Below, one piece after another: positions 24,924 to 38,313 of a DNA stretch of 64,000 nucleotides. Made by a program: the position numbers and the translations under genes. The DNA comes from Lingula anatina (lineage: Eukaryota; Animalia; Brachiopoda), in contig CM120642.1 in NCBI GenBank assembly GCA_051362555.1, positions 22,754,001 to 22,818,000 of the forward strand, written 5' to 3'. Below the pieces are notes generated by a model that was given only the letters and a program-made list of their open reading frames with translations, was not told the DNA's origin and ran no database searches. The stretch's first letter is position 1. Each line of letters starts with the position of its first letter.

Positions 24924-27900
24924 ACTTTCAATACTACAAAAAGAATATGGGATGTTGTATTGGTAGGCTGTCAATTGAGATGTCATTTCTGCAGTAGGAG
25001 ACTAACCTTAATTAATGAATAGCACAAAACATGAGTATGTATGTTTATGTAAACCATGAAAGGAAATCACCTTCCGATATATCAACGTTATGACGTTCTT
25101 GCTCAAGTTTAAACAGATATCTCCTCGCGATGTGTCTTATGGTCGTCTTGTACTCTCTACTTGGCTGTCTGTTAGCCATCTGAAGGAAAAAGAGGCGACT
25201 CAAGATCACTTGCAGACTTGATTGTACCTCTATCCGTTCATTATAATTTCTTTCACAGCTTAAATCTGAATCTCAATTTTAATCGCTTTCATATAACAGA
25301 AATGATCCAGTTATCTACATCAAATTGCAAAACATCTAACCCGTGTTCCCAACTCTTATAACAACTTTGTACTCCTTCACCATGCAAGAACGAGAACATT
25401 GGTTGGGAACAACCCTACCTCCTTTTCTGAGTGCCTCTTACATCTATGGTAAGTTTTACCAAGTTTCGTGAAAACGTAAAGGAACGACTTCGGAGATGGA
25501 ATGATATTGAAAGGCGCTGGTAAAGTGTAGCCATGTTCTATGCTGACCAACCAGAGTCTGGCCCGAGCGAACTTCCACTCTTGATCCGTGTCTGCCTGAG
25601 GAAGAAATAGGTAGTGGGCGTGATATTGTGATTCCACTCTCAACCTGTAGCTTCATTATGTGAGGTGCCATTTTCTCACCATTTAGGCCTACACTGATGT
25701 GATATTGCTATTACATTGTTCTCCATTGCCCTCTGTTGCCTTATAGGGGTATTGTGCTGCACTGGCTTGTTTTAATTGTGATTTACAGAAGACATGCCTT
25801 GCATAAACATGCAAACATGCCTTGCATAAACCCAGCAATAACAACACTTGGAAAACATCGTGTACATTTTCATTCACTTTCACTATTTAACATTTTACTG
25901 TTTCATTTAACCATGGCTATTTGATATTTCGGCTTATATCGTCGGTATACATTACATTAATTTTACTCTACAATACATTTGGTGCGATCGCGGGTCCGTT
26001 TCTCGTTTCTTGAACAATACGTATATAAATATAGTACATTAATGAATTGATAGTTTAATTTTGAGCAATTAAGAGTATATGCATGTGTGAAAAAATGAGA
26101 AAACACTGTTTTTACCTGCACGTCCTCAAAACTGTGGCTCATCAGAGCTATGAGCATATTCAGAATGATAATAATCATGGCGGCATGATAGGCCGCGAAA
26201 AGGACGGTGCCGACCCCTTCCACCAGGCGTGGAGATCCAGGCACCTGAAAGACTGTGCGAAGATTTGTGACAAGAAGGTAATATTTTGCACAGAAAACGA
26301 AATAATTAAAGATGCTCATATGCATCTTTAAATTTTTGCCACAAAAGTAGATCAAATGTCACCACATGCTGGTAGTTTCTGACTTTCAAACAGCAAAGAA
26401 AAAAATCGTTTTATATTACCCGAAAAGTGATATTTGAATGGATTTATCTGGTTGCTTTCTATGCTGTATATAAATGGGACATATACGTACATGTAGGTCA
26501 GGTAAGTAAGGTAGGTTAAGTTTATGACAAAGATTTTAAGAAGGTGTATTTTAAAGCTTTTTTATGGCTAATCAAACGATTAATATGGTTTATCCCTTGG
26601 CATATCGATTGCATTTGAGTCGTATAACTATACTTATAGAAGTGGTTTATATGTGTTACTGGGAATCCATGCCCCACCGACGCTCGGTTCATACGTACCT
26701 TTATAGTCGATATTCACATACGGCACTTACTTTGCGTCTCTCCAGCAGCTATGGCGGTGTCACCTTTATCCACCAGTCCGAATAAAGCCCAAAACAATGT
26801 GGCGAACGTTTGCGACAAGCTGAAATGGATTGTAAAAGAAAAATCAGACATTTTTGGTGCATGTAGATATTTGAATTTATGGGTGTATCAAACAATACGT
26901 CCTCTTTAAAGTTATACAAATGCATGCATGCGATTGAAATCCAGTTTATGATATAAGGGGGGGGGGGGTTACAACACACATCTAACCGATTGTTCTGGCG
27001 TTACCGATCCTTTATGACGTCATTATCAACTATAATCTTGAAAGTTATTTATAAGATCCGTGTATAAATTGGTGGCTTTTATAATTAATGACTAAACAAT
27101 CAAACAGACATATATTTTTACTGAAACACGTATAGTTTCAGTAAAAATAAAACAGTGAGTAATAAAACGTCCCTTTGGTTTTAATCTATTTTGTTTCACA
27201 TTTATCTTTGCGATGCCTTGAGGTTACGCACCTCATCTGTGACGTCACGCACGTCACTATAGTTGCCATAAATCTAAGTGATATTGTAAAGCAGCAAGAT
27301 GAGTTGTCTATGCTTTTGTTTTAAAAGTCTGAAGTCGATGCAAGTAGATGATGGAACGATTAATTCCATATATGAAAAACAGTCAACAAGAAGCAGAAAA
27401 GACGAAGAAAATGTTTTGAAATCAGACATTTTTCGTGCTGAGACGGAGAGGGCCCGCTGCAGATGTTCAAGCGCCCCATGAGAGAGTTCGCAGCTGGGTG
27501 TGGTCGTCCAGTGAAGCAGACAAACCTCAAGGTCACACTATATTTGACCGCTTCCTCAAGAAGGGGAGATATTCCAGACCTTACGGGACCAATGAAAAAA
27601 GAGACAAGAAAGGTTCTGTCTACGCCAACTTCACCTGCGTCTCCTAGCTTTGAGCCCCAAGCAACTGGCGCCGATCGAGCCACATTACAGCCTCAAGGTG
27701 AAAAAAAAAACGCCTGTGTTAAAGAAGGTATGGATATGCCTTCTGCCAAAAGCTCTGCATTGTTCACGTCGAAGTATCCAAAACTTGCGATTCCTAAAGC
27801 CAAGGGACATAAGGAAGAGGTGAGCAGTCAGCCAAACGCACCAAACATGACCAGTACTCTGCCATCAAGCTTCCCAGATTTGTCAGTCGCCCCACAACCT

Positions 27901-30068
27901 AAAAAAACACTCACAATTCTGCAAAAGGAGCTTACAACAGACATAAGCAAATTATTGGAGCTGGCTCCAATTCAGTTAGCCCGGCATAAAATGAAGAAAC
28001 CAGTGAACTTGTCGACCATTTTTGACACTGCAACTGCTCCGACACAGGTATACCATTTACCAGTAAGTCCGTATGAATTTGAACGGCCAACTAAGCAAAA
28101 GAAAACGGCGAAGCAGCATTTGAAAAATATCAAGAAGAACCTCTTTCGGCTCAACCCTCTCTCTAGTGGAAAAGAGAAAGACCGGATGGAAGACGGCCTG
28201 GTTTTCAAAGAGCTCCCTCCAATTCAAATGCCAAAACTGACGCCTCAGGTGTACGAGGCAATCTGCCCGGCATTACCCGGTGCTGTCCCCGAGACAATGA
28301 AATATTCTCTTGTGGAACCAGACCTTCCTAATGCTAGTCAATTCACACGGTATGATACTAACGCTGAAGCAAGTTATGATGTTTTAGTCTTGCAAATAAA
28401 CATTAATTTACTATTACTACAATTAACTTTGTTGTTCGTTTTGTTCCTGTTACGTACATTTATTTTGTTTGCAGTATTATCAGTTGATAAAAATAACACT
28501 CCAAGTGAACAGTTTTAATGACAGTTCTCTGTTTAGGTTATACAGGAATTAACAGTTAATTTTGATTAAAATCACTACATTATTTTCAGAAATGAGCCTG
28601 GTTGTAGATTAGATCTAGTGAGAAAGTGTCAAATGCAAGTTTCTTTAATGTGACCATGCCGAACTGTCCCCAGTGCGACCAGGACCTCAGCCTGGCACCG
28701 TACCTGCCGAGAGCTACCAGGCCCGAGACACCCCGCGCTGAAACGCCAACCGGTCCTAGCTCTCCCAAGTGGCCCAGGTTTCGATTTTCTTGGCAAAAGA
28801 AAAGAGGCGTGGCCCCACTTCCAGACGGTTCCAGTAAAAAGCCTGCAGAAGCTGCGAAACCCAAACGCCACAGACCACAAACCCCTTTCAGGAGAAAGAG
28901 AAGGGATGACACAAGCTCATAGACATATTGGAATGAGCAATATGACATAGTGCATAAGAAAAGATAACTGGGCAACGGTCAGTAAAATGCATTATTAACC
29001 AACGTGTGTATGTGTTTGTTTGTTTATAGCGAGCTTACGAGCGTGCGTACCCACGTGCACGCGTGTGTTGGCGTATACATCTGCGCAAGAAAAAATCACA
29101 TGTACACCTTTATCGAGCTACATCTGTTCAAATGTGACTGTAAATGAAAAAAATTGGATGTCGTAAAATATAGTTTAAGATGTTTGATTTATTGAATAAA
29201 GATAAAAGACTGTATAGGCAATACATGTATAAAATATGATCATGAGTAGGAATAACATTCTTTTTCACAATTTCGTTCGCATTATTTATTCGGCTTCCAA
29301 CCACTCTTGATGCTTTACAACTCATTCAATTGAAAAATGAGTCAAAGATTCTTGCTAATGACCGATGTCATTCATTAAATCTTGTCCGCGTTCGCTGCCA
29401 CCCCACCCCCCCTTTAACAGCATCTTCGAGGAGCTAGTCATGACTTCGTCTAATCTGACAAGTTTCACCCTCTTTGGTGCCAAGAGATTGCAGCTATTCT
29501 TGCTGTTCAATCTCTGGATCATAACTACTTGCACTCTCAGTGTCACCTGTGCCTAATGCTTCGAATATGTGACCCTCATCTTTATCAACTTTTCCAATCT
29601 GAGATATGCTATTTTTCCCCTTTCCTTCATTGCTCTGTATATTTTTGTCATATTTTAATCTAATAAATAATTTGAGCGGAATTTACAGAATAAAATACCG
29701 TATACAACTAGAGGAAATCCAGTGGGGTCTTTTACAACCCCACCACTCTTTTGTTTCTAGTAGTAAATCGATAACCATAAACGATATCAAACATCCCGTT
29801 CCCATACTTAGATCGATCTGTCAGGATCGACCCATCTCCTTAGGGCTTCTCGCTAAGCTCTTTGGGAGTAATTAACTGTCGTTTAGCAGCTTCAGTAGGG
29901 GTGCCAGACATCTAAGCCGCTAAAGCTGAAAGGAAATTTAGCGAGAAACCCCTCGGAGATGGGTCGATCCTGCTAGGTCGATCTAGGTATGGGAATGGGG
30001 TCAAAATTGCGAACATGTACTGTATTCTGAAGGCGGATAAACAATGTAACAAATTGATGAAATTGCAT

Positions 30069-30106
<38 letters not shown>

Positions 30107-33100
30107 AAGAAAAATTACTATAACAAACATGCCACGTAAACAACCCCACCCGGTATGAATAGGGTTTATAATGATATTGAATGAGCCACTGGGCAACCGA
30201 GCAAAGCTATTTTATCGTAATAAACCTATTATTTTATCGAGGAAAGCTATTTTATCGTAATAAACCTATTATTTTATCGTAATAAACTTATTACTACGGC
30301 CTATTACTACGGTCATTTTCTGTGTATTCAAAACACAGACCGCCAATAATGTTATTTCTTATTTCCTGGACTTTCTTGATAAGTACCCATATACAGCTTT
30401 AGATAAATTCTAATTAAAAAGTTGATTGCTTTTAAATGTCCTTATAAAAAATTTTACCCAATTATTCCTGACTCACCCTCGGAAAGCCTCGTTGCTGACC
30501 GTTGAATCGTCGGGCTGTATGACGTACATACCGTAATACCAGTACAGGTTACATAGGCCTAGTACAAAAGCAGACATGATCTGCAAAATAATAAAAATAA
30601 TTGTGAGAATTATAAATAACACTGATAGTGGAACTTGCATTTAGCAACTGGTCGACGTTGCGGTCTCAACCTGAGACCTCTCAATAGGAATATGACCTGA
30701 ATGGACTGGTCACCTGATTCATTATCATAGTTCATGTATCAGAATTATTCATAATTCTCATTCTTATTCTGCTGGGTGACTCATAACATTTACTCAATTA
30801 AAATAATAATAATGATAGATAAATAAAATTGAAAAAGCTGGAATAATAAAAAGGAATATATTTGTGAAAACAGTTTTGAAGAAATCGCCCAGAATATTTT
30901 TAGTTCTGTTTTTCGTCTTCTTCTTTATTTGGGGGGTGGGGTGGAGTTGAATAAGTGAGGTTTCATTCGGGGTTTCAATCAAAAGGTTCTCTGCTTATTG
31001 GTCAATAGTTGGTTTACACAGTATGACGTTGTAAGGCAACTTACCAAAACAAACAATATAGTAAAACGGACAATATCCCCGAACATTCTGCCCAGCGAGA
31101 TCTGCAGCGGACCTAAGAATTCAGCGACTGGCATAATGTAAGTCAGCCGTGAGAAAGAGAGCACATTGGCCACGGCAAAAAGACAATCCGAAACAATTTC
31201 AGGGTCATACGGATCCCACCAGAATCGATCTGAAAGAAATCGGTATGTATTGATGGCCATGTTGAGAAGCACAGCTCACAATGTGGAATTGATATCGTAA
31301 AACCATTTCAATATGGTTAATGTAAAGGATATAAAGCAAGGGCATAAATAAGATGAGATATTAATCCATTAATTACGACACCAGTGCATTAAGATGCTGT
31401 GTGGTATTTAGTATGCTTTACGTAAACTAGACGAACGCATCAGCTACAAATTTTTCTTTGCCTATAACTGGATTTTGTCTAACATAGGTTTCAATTTATT
31501 AATCAATCACATATTAAGAACCTGGGGCGCTTTTGCTAAATGCCGTCCTTTCATGAGAGATGCGGTAAACCTTTGAAAGTGCATGTGTATGCGCGTGCGA
31601 TGTGTGCGTGTGGTATGCGTGTTTGTGAGTGCGTGATTGTGAGCGAGAGAGAGAGGGTATATGAGAGTGATCATATGTGAAGGGGAGGAAGAACAATAGA
31701 ACAATAATAATAGATAAATAACCTACCACCGCGAAGAAAATACGCCTGTGGTATTCTGCTTCCAAACAACTGCTGACGAAATTGCACATATTGTTCCACG
31801 CCATCACTACTGTTTGAAAACAGCAGCTGCCGCGCCAACTTGAGCTCGGCGTCAAAGGTGTATTGTGTTTCCATTATCTTCATCTGTGCTACGAACCGCA
31901 AAGCGTACGATGCAGCATAGAAGGCCATCATAAAGGTGTCGATGACGTTGTAAAAATCCCAGAAGTAATCTTTAAAACCAGAAAAATAAACCTGCTTGCA
32001 CTCTGTCCAAAAAGAACCTAGAGGAAAACAGATAAATGTATTGTAAAATATATTTTGCGTGTCTGTTAAATATTTTTGTAACTGAATATTTCAATTATAA
32101 AGCAAGTTACATTTGAAGAAGTGAAGTACATATACCAGTAAGTTTGGGAGGATGAACCTCCTTCGCCTAACAGAGACATCCTGCATACTTACTCACGGAA
32201 TGTTTGTCTTTGGATTTTAACTGGATTTTAAGTTTTTGTATAGACATAGTCTACAAGGAAATTATGCATTTTACAGCATTTTTATGTTTGGTAATGCATG
32301 TATAATTAGAGTAAAACAACAGGTACATCAACATCTAAAATTATGCACCATCAAAGCCAATGCATGGCAACTGAATGAGAAGGGGTGTAAGGGGAAGAAT
32401 TAAAAGCATATTTTGAGTGGAAATGGTCCATGTTAATATTTCTTTGCGTTTTGTACAATCTTCTCTTTATACAAAATAGTGCACTGTGTGGTAACGGAAG
32501 AGTAGATCAAATTAATTGAATTTTTACAATCTTGCTTGTAGGCCCATAAGCTTTATGGGTTATTATTTTTTATTGAAAATACGTCCATACCTAAGATCCA
32601 GAAAACCAGACACCATTGTATATTGGTAACAAGGGCATCCTGCGCAGGTCGAAAGTCGTGGCGAAAACGAGCATCTTTTTTTAAGGTCCCCGAGGCGTCT
32701 CTCTCAGTGGTGTAGAAATCCAATCGGAATGTTGCCAAGGCAATCAGGAGTAGAAAACAGATATAAGAGACCGTTCTTGTTGCCAGTTTAACCGCTGGGG
32801 TTTTCAGTGCCATCCCAACCTACCACGAAGGAAATGTGTAAAAACTACAGTCATAATTCATGACATTCACAATGAAAAAGTTTTTTAAAACTACGTTATG
32901 GTGTTATGGTTTCTCGTTTGGAAAGTTATTTACTCCAGCTTACATTTAAAAGAGTAGAGCACAATAAACATGTTTTATTATACGCTTGGCGCTTTGGGTC
33001 GTGGACATACAAGTAGCACAGGGCAATTGGATAGGGGGAAGGCATAGCTTCGTTGCTGAAACAAATTTGCAGATTCAACAAACAAACCACCCAGTTGCGA

Positions 33101-34325
33101 TCCAAGAAAGCGTGATCGACGTTTGTATGTACTTAGCACTGAAAAAATGCTCGGAATGCAACATTAAACAACAATATAATGTTAATTGCGGAAAATCCAG
33201 GAAAAGGCAATACACGAATGACTGTACGGAGCCTAGAGACCTTTAATGCCAGTTTTCAATAATTGTCGATGCTCATGCAATCCTGTATTGATTTTCTTGG
33301 AATCCCCAATGAACATACTAAGAATGTTTTATTTTGGCCACGAACCAATTTTAGATCTATACAAGGCCTGCTTGTGGTGCCCAGGCGATTAAACTCGTAT
33401 TTGTTTTAACATGCTCGCTGCAGTTATCACGTAAGCACTGATTCACCATAACCAAAATATCATTTTTCATCTGTAGAGGTTGTTTGTTATCCAGCTGAAG
33501 TCATTAGTAGTGATTCCAAAATGTTACTAGGTTTGTGGTTTTCTCGCGCCTTGAGGCAACTGTGTACGTGTATGAACTTATATGTGAGTATGATAAAACA
33601 TAGCGCATTTATTGTATTAATACATACCTACAATTTACTTTGTATTTTAAGTATTTGAAAGAATCAAGTAAATACAAGATAACCATAAAGATGTGCCCTT
33701 ATTTTAACAAACACAACTGACATTAATCACTTGCAAAAATGATACATTCTTCCTTGCAATCGATGGTAAAAATGTCGAAGGTTTTTGACATACAAGGCAA
33801 GGTGCTCTACTAGGAGGCTTATGCTGATGCCAATATGGTATCTTGTTGTATGATGTTTCTAATATTCTTTTAAAAATAGTTTTGACTGTTAGCTAAATAC
33901 AGTATATCCTACAGATATTGGTTAGATGCTTGGAACTTGTAATAGAACCTTCAACAATATGTCGATTATTTAATAATTGCCCAAATATACGTTTCTGCAA
34001 ATCTCATTACTAAACTTTCAGCACAATGTAATTCATTATCTTATATCTTCAAATGTAGTGCGTTTATATGGAGTGTTGGTACTTACATATGAATTTGGAG
34101 CAACTAGGTAAAGCAGGAAGAGGAGAGGCAAGAACGGTGTGATCACTATGATAACTGCAATTTTCTTCCACGATGCCAGGCTTTTCATGTGGTTGAAGCG
34201 GCCGTAGAAGATGGTGGACAAGTACTCCTGGGTGTGGGGGTGTGCAACAAACTGATGAAAAAAAAACAACAAATGGTTCATAATGAAAAGTATGGTTTAA
34301 AGATTAATAAGTCCTGGGATACATT

Positions 34326-34420
<95 letters not shown>

Positions 34421-37400
34421 TTTTTCTCAACTAACAGGTGCATATATTTATTTTAATAATTATGCTTTATTCAGTGGATGCATACGGTGATTCATTGTTT
34501 ATTCTGAATCAAGGAAGAGCTTATTTTGAGGGTTATTGATTGAAAAGAAGTGAACAGAAAGAAAAAAGTAATAAAAAGAAAGACTGTCATCATTGCTTAG
34601 TATTTTTCTACTTTCTGTCAAAAAGTGATTTGTTCGCTATCAGTTTTGAGATAATGAGCCATTTGAAATATAAGAACAAGACATCAAACATACACTGTCT
34701 CAAGCTTAAGGGAAAAAACAAGGAAAATCTTATATCCTTCGGTTGTGAAGCTTCATCTTTTCTCTTCCGTACTGTCCAAAGTTAGAGAAATGTGAAGCCA
34801 AAATTTCAAGCTATACTTCATCCCTAATAAGACAGGTGGATCGTACGTTTTGTCTTTCATTTCTCAGCATTCACCGCCAATAGAAATGATTCATAATGGC
34901 TTGTATAGTTTCTACTACAACACGACTGAACTAGAATTGAAAAACAATACTACGCTGATAACCAATATTTTCTCAGTAAAGCTTAGATTACATGTTACAT
35001 CCCGATGTTTTCATTATCTTGCATACATAGTGTAGAATAAAAGTTGATACACATGTGAAATATTACAAGCCTAAAACAACGAGGGAGATATTATATAACA
35101 TTAATTGAACTTAACTCTTCTAAATAATGACGTTCGGCCATAATAGTGCAATTGTTAAAGACCGGAAAAGTTTTATAAACTTGAAATACAAGCTCCATTC
35201 TTTACCAGATTGCCCAAAAGCATATACTAGCGTAATGGAAATGATATGGGGCCAGCACGCTCAGAGTTTGAAGCGAAATTATTATTATTACCAAGAAATA
35301 GTCCAAAAGGCCATTAATCTTAAAACACAGGACTATAAGCTATATATAAATATATATACAATGTATATATATATAATACTGGTTTGAAGCGACTCTAGAG
35401 GCCACCAGGGCAATCTTTCAATGATTTTGCCGTAGGCTGTTTCACACAAACCATCACTCTTATGTCAATAAAAGCTTCCAAAATTATTATTGATCGATAC
35501 CGACCAGACGTAAAGAGATAAAACATGCAACACACTAACATATGATTGTGTGTAGGGGAACTAATAATAAATCGATCTTAATTGGTGTCGCAACTGGCGG
35601 TGATTATTGATTCATGATTACAGATTAACTTCGGCTGTGGCATAACAATATGTGCAATGTTATTACAGTTTGTTCATGATATGTAGAACAAGTCCTCGGT
35701 GCACTTTTATCATTAACCGGTTTCATAGCTCTATTTTTTTTTTATTTAGTACTGTCATTTTACCCAGAGAATACCTGTGAATAACTCTTACCCAAATACA
35801 AAACTGTTGAAAGAAATAAAAAAGCAGACTAAGATAAATATACCAGAAAAACATTTCATTAGCTGTGTTATGTTATTTTGTCTTCAATCAACAGCTTAAT
35901 ATTGAAATAACATAATTTACCGCCAATGAACGTTTGAGCATCCTAATAGTAATCAGTATGTACATGTATTAAGGGGGAGGACTTTTTACTTATTTTTTTT
36001 CAGGGATATCACCCAACCTTTTTTATGGTTGAGATGATTCTGTGATACACAACAAAAATTGTGTTAATACCATGGGTATCTCTGAGTGCTTTCTCCAAAG
36101 TCCAAAAGTAGGTAGTTAATAAATCTAATATCTCTGTCATATCTCTGGTTTATAAAAGACATGTTTATGTCCAATAACCACATTTCTATGGGAGTGGTTT
36201 GTTGCCAGAGTACTGGCCATTATTTCACCACAAAAATTCTTTCCAGGCATCTAAAATATCAACCCTCAATCTTTTAAAAAGTTTTTAAAGATTTCAAAAA
36301 TATATTCTGTACCACGTGTGATTAGTGTCTACATATTTTTTCTTCATTTTCAAGCCCCCACGCTCTTATAATAATGCTTCTTATAATTTTGTCGTGCTTA
36401 TCATTCCAGAAAAAAGGCCCTTTTCTAATTCTTTATCTGTCTCTGGATATGCGAGCGATAGAAATATATCATTAAATATCGAAAAAGCTAATGTTTTTAT
36501 AACAGTTATTTTACAGTTGTTTTAAAGGTGTTATATTTCTTACTGTCCAAGCTGATTAAGTATCCTCTTGACTCTGTGTTTTGTTTCGTTATTTTCTACC
36601 CAAATCGATGTCGTATTCTATCCATAACATTTTGAATTTTGTTTTTCTGATTGATATTGTGAAAAGATACTTTCTTTGAGTATCATTTTGATAAATGTGC
36701 AAAATCATAAATATACAAAAGCATTTCAGTTCAACCAAGAGCTTTTATCAAATGGTCGGTTTAGCATATATGCATATTAATATTTAACTGTCAAAAATAT
36801 GAAATTTTGACGAGGTATTGGAAACCACATTTCTTACAAGACAACAAAGAAAAGCATACAGTCTTCACCTTCTTCTCTTGTAAGTGCATTGCTAGTTTGA
36901 ACCTGGCCAGTGGGTCTCGGCCGTCAGCGTCTGTGTCTCCTAATATAGCCTCCACTTCCTTTGTTGACCGACACAAGTCCATTAGCTCACACGAGAACTG
37001 AAGACACTGTCCTATCAGTACCTTGTAATCGTGCTGGAAAGTCAAAAATAATCACAAAATGTTGATTCTTCTGTCATAATTTTCGAATATCTTATAGCCA
37101 TTCTCTTAAATATCAATATTTTAATATATCTAAAAATTTACATGTATTTTATGGTAAATAGCAGCAGTTTACCCCCCCCCCCCCATAAAAAAGAAAGGAA
37201 ATTTCAGAGAGCGTGAGATTATGATTTTGGCATTTGTGATTAAAGCAAAGAAGCGCAAAATAACAAGAAATAAGGCAACATTATCCACACAACATCACTC
37301 TCTCTTACAATAGGGATTCACTGTCTGAATCCTAGTAAAGAACAGATAGGAAAAAGCAATAATCGTAAGACATTATGGGAGTAAATAGTACGCATACAGG

Positions 37401-38243
37401 CCAACAGGGAGTTTTTTTTCATTACGATAGAGCTAATATTTTACTTTATATTGCATCTGGGGTACTACGTGTTCTAACGATGAAAAATTATAATCATAAA
37501 AATAAGTCACATCATGTTCGCGAGGTTGAATAATAACGATAGTGCTATGTAATACTGACCATAAATTCACTTTTCCTGGATACAATATATCGCAGTTCTT
37601 CTTTTAGTTGAAAAGTGGTTAGTATGGGGTCTTTGCTGGAGAGTATGATATAGGCAGGGCTGGCAAGAGCCCGGTAAGTGTTAAGGCGAGCTTGAGCAAG
37701 TCTGAGCGGTCCTGTCTCGTACAACTCAAGGCAATCAGAACAGCTGCAGTTTAAGTTATGGGGCTTGGAAATCACATGTCCTCGAGAAAGAAACAATCTG
37801 ATGATTTCGTGATAGTTGTATTGCGCGGCCAACATTAAAGGTGTAACATCGCAGGAAAAATGGCGGCGCTCTTCTTGTAGGCAGTGCAACCTCTTTCCAG
37901 CTTTCGTTTCCTCTTCGTGTTCCTTGTATACGGGGTGATTTGTAATCAAGCGTATGATGATTTCCTCCCTTTTAGTGATTGCATGTAAAAGGGCTTCCTC
38001 CACACTGGCAAAACTGAGGTGATCTAGCAACAGTTCAATCATTAACAAATCACGGCTATTGATAGCAAGGTGAAGGGGGTTTCTTCCCAAATAATCCACA
38101 CAGTTATTGTCTAGAGAGTTTGATTCCAAGCATTGCTTTACAATGTCGATCTGGCCTAGTTCACATGCGCTAAGATACTGCCATTCTTCCACTGTCACCT
38201 TTTAAAGAAGTAATCTTAAATATTCAACAGCAATTTATTGAAA

Positions 38244-38313
<70 letters not shown>

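Noticed and set aside
26420-26447. Possible TRPC pore-loop microexon
   Set aside because: Its 28-nt length breaks the frame, and the flanking exons already join in phase using the acceptor at 26253.
28350-28518. Apparent C-terminal transmembrane helix of the 351-aa ORF
   Set aside because: T-rich sequence after a GTATGA donor, most likely translated intron.
29128-29600. Coding-like minus-strand sequence in TRPC intron 8, considered as an alternative exon or transposase remnant
   Set aside because: Stops occur in every frame, there is no recognisable motif, and no phase-compatible splice pair fits the TRPC model.
34189-34434. ORFs containing YIYIYI, CVCVCV, ERERER, poly-Y, poly-K or poly-F runs (also near 9140, 10756, 16342, 20506, 38250, 52716 and 53692)
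   Set aside because: Translations of microsatellites and homopolymers.
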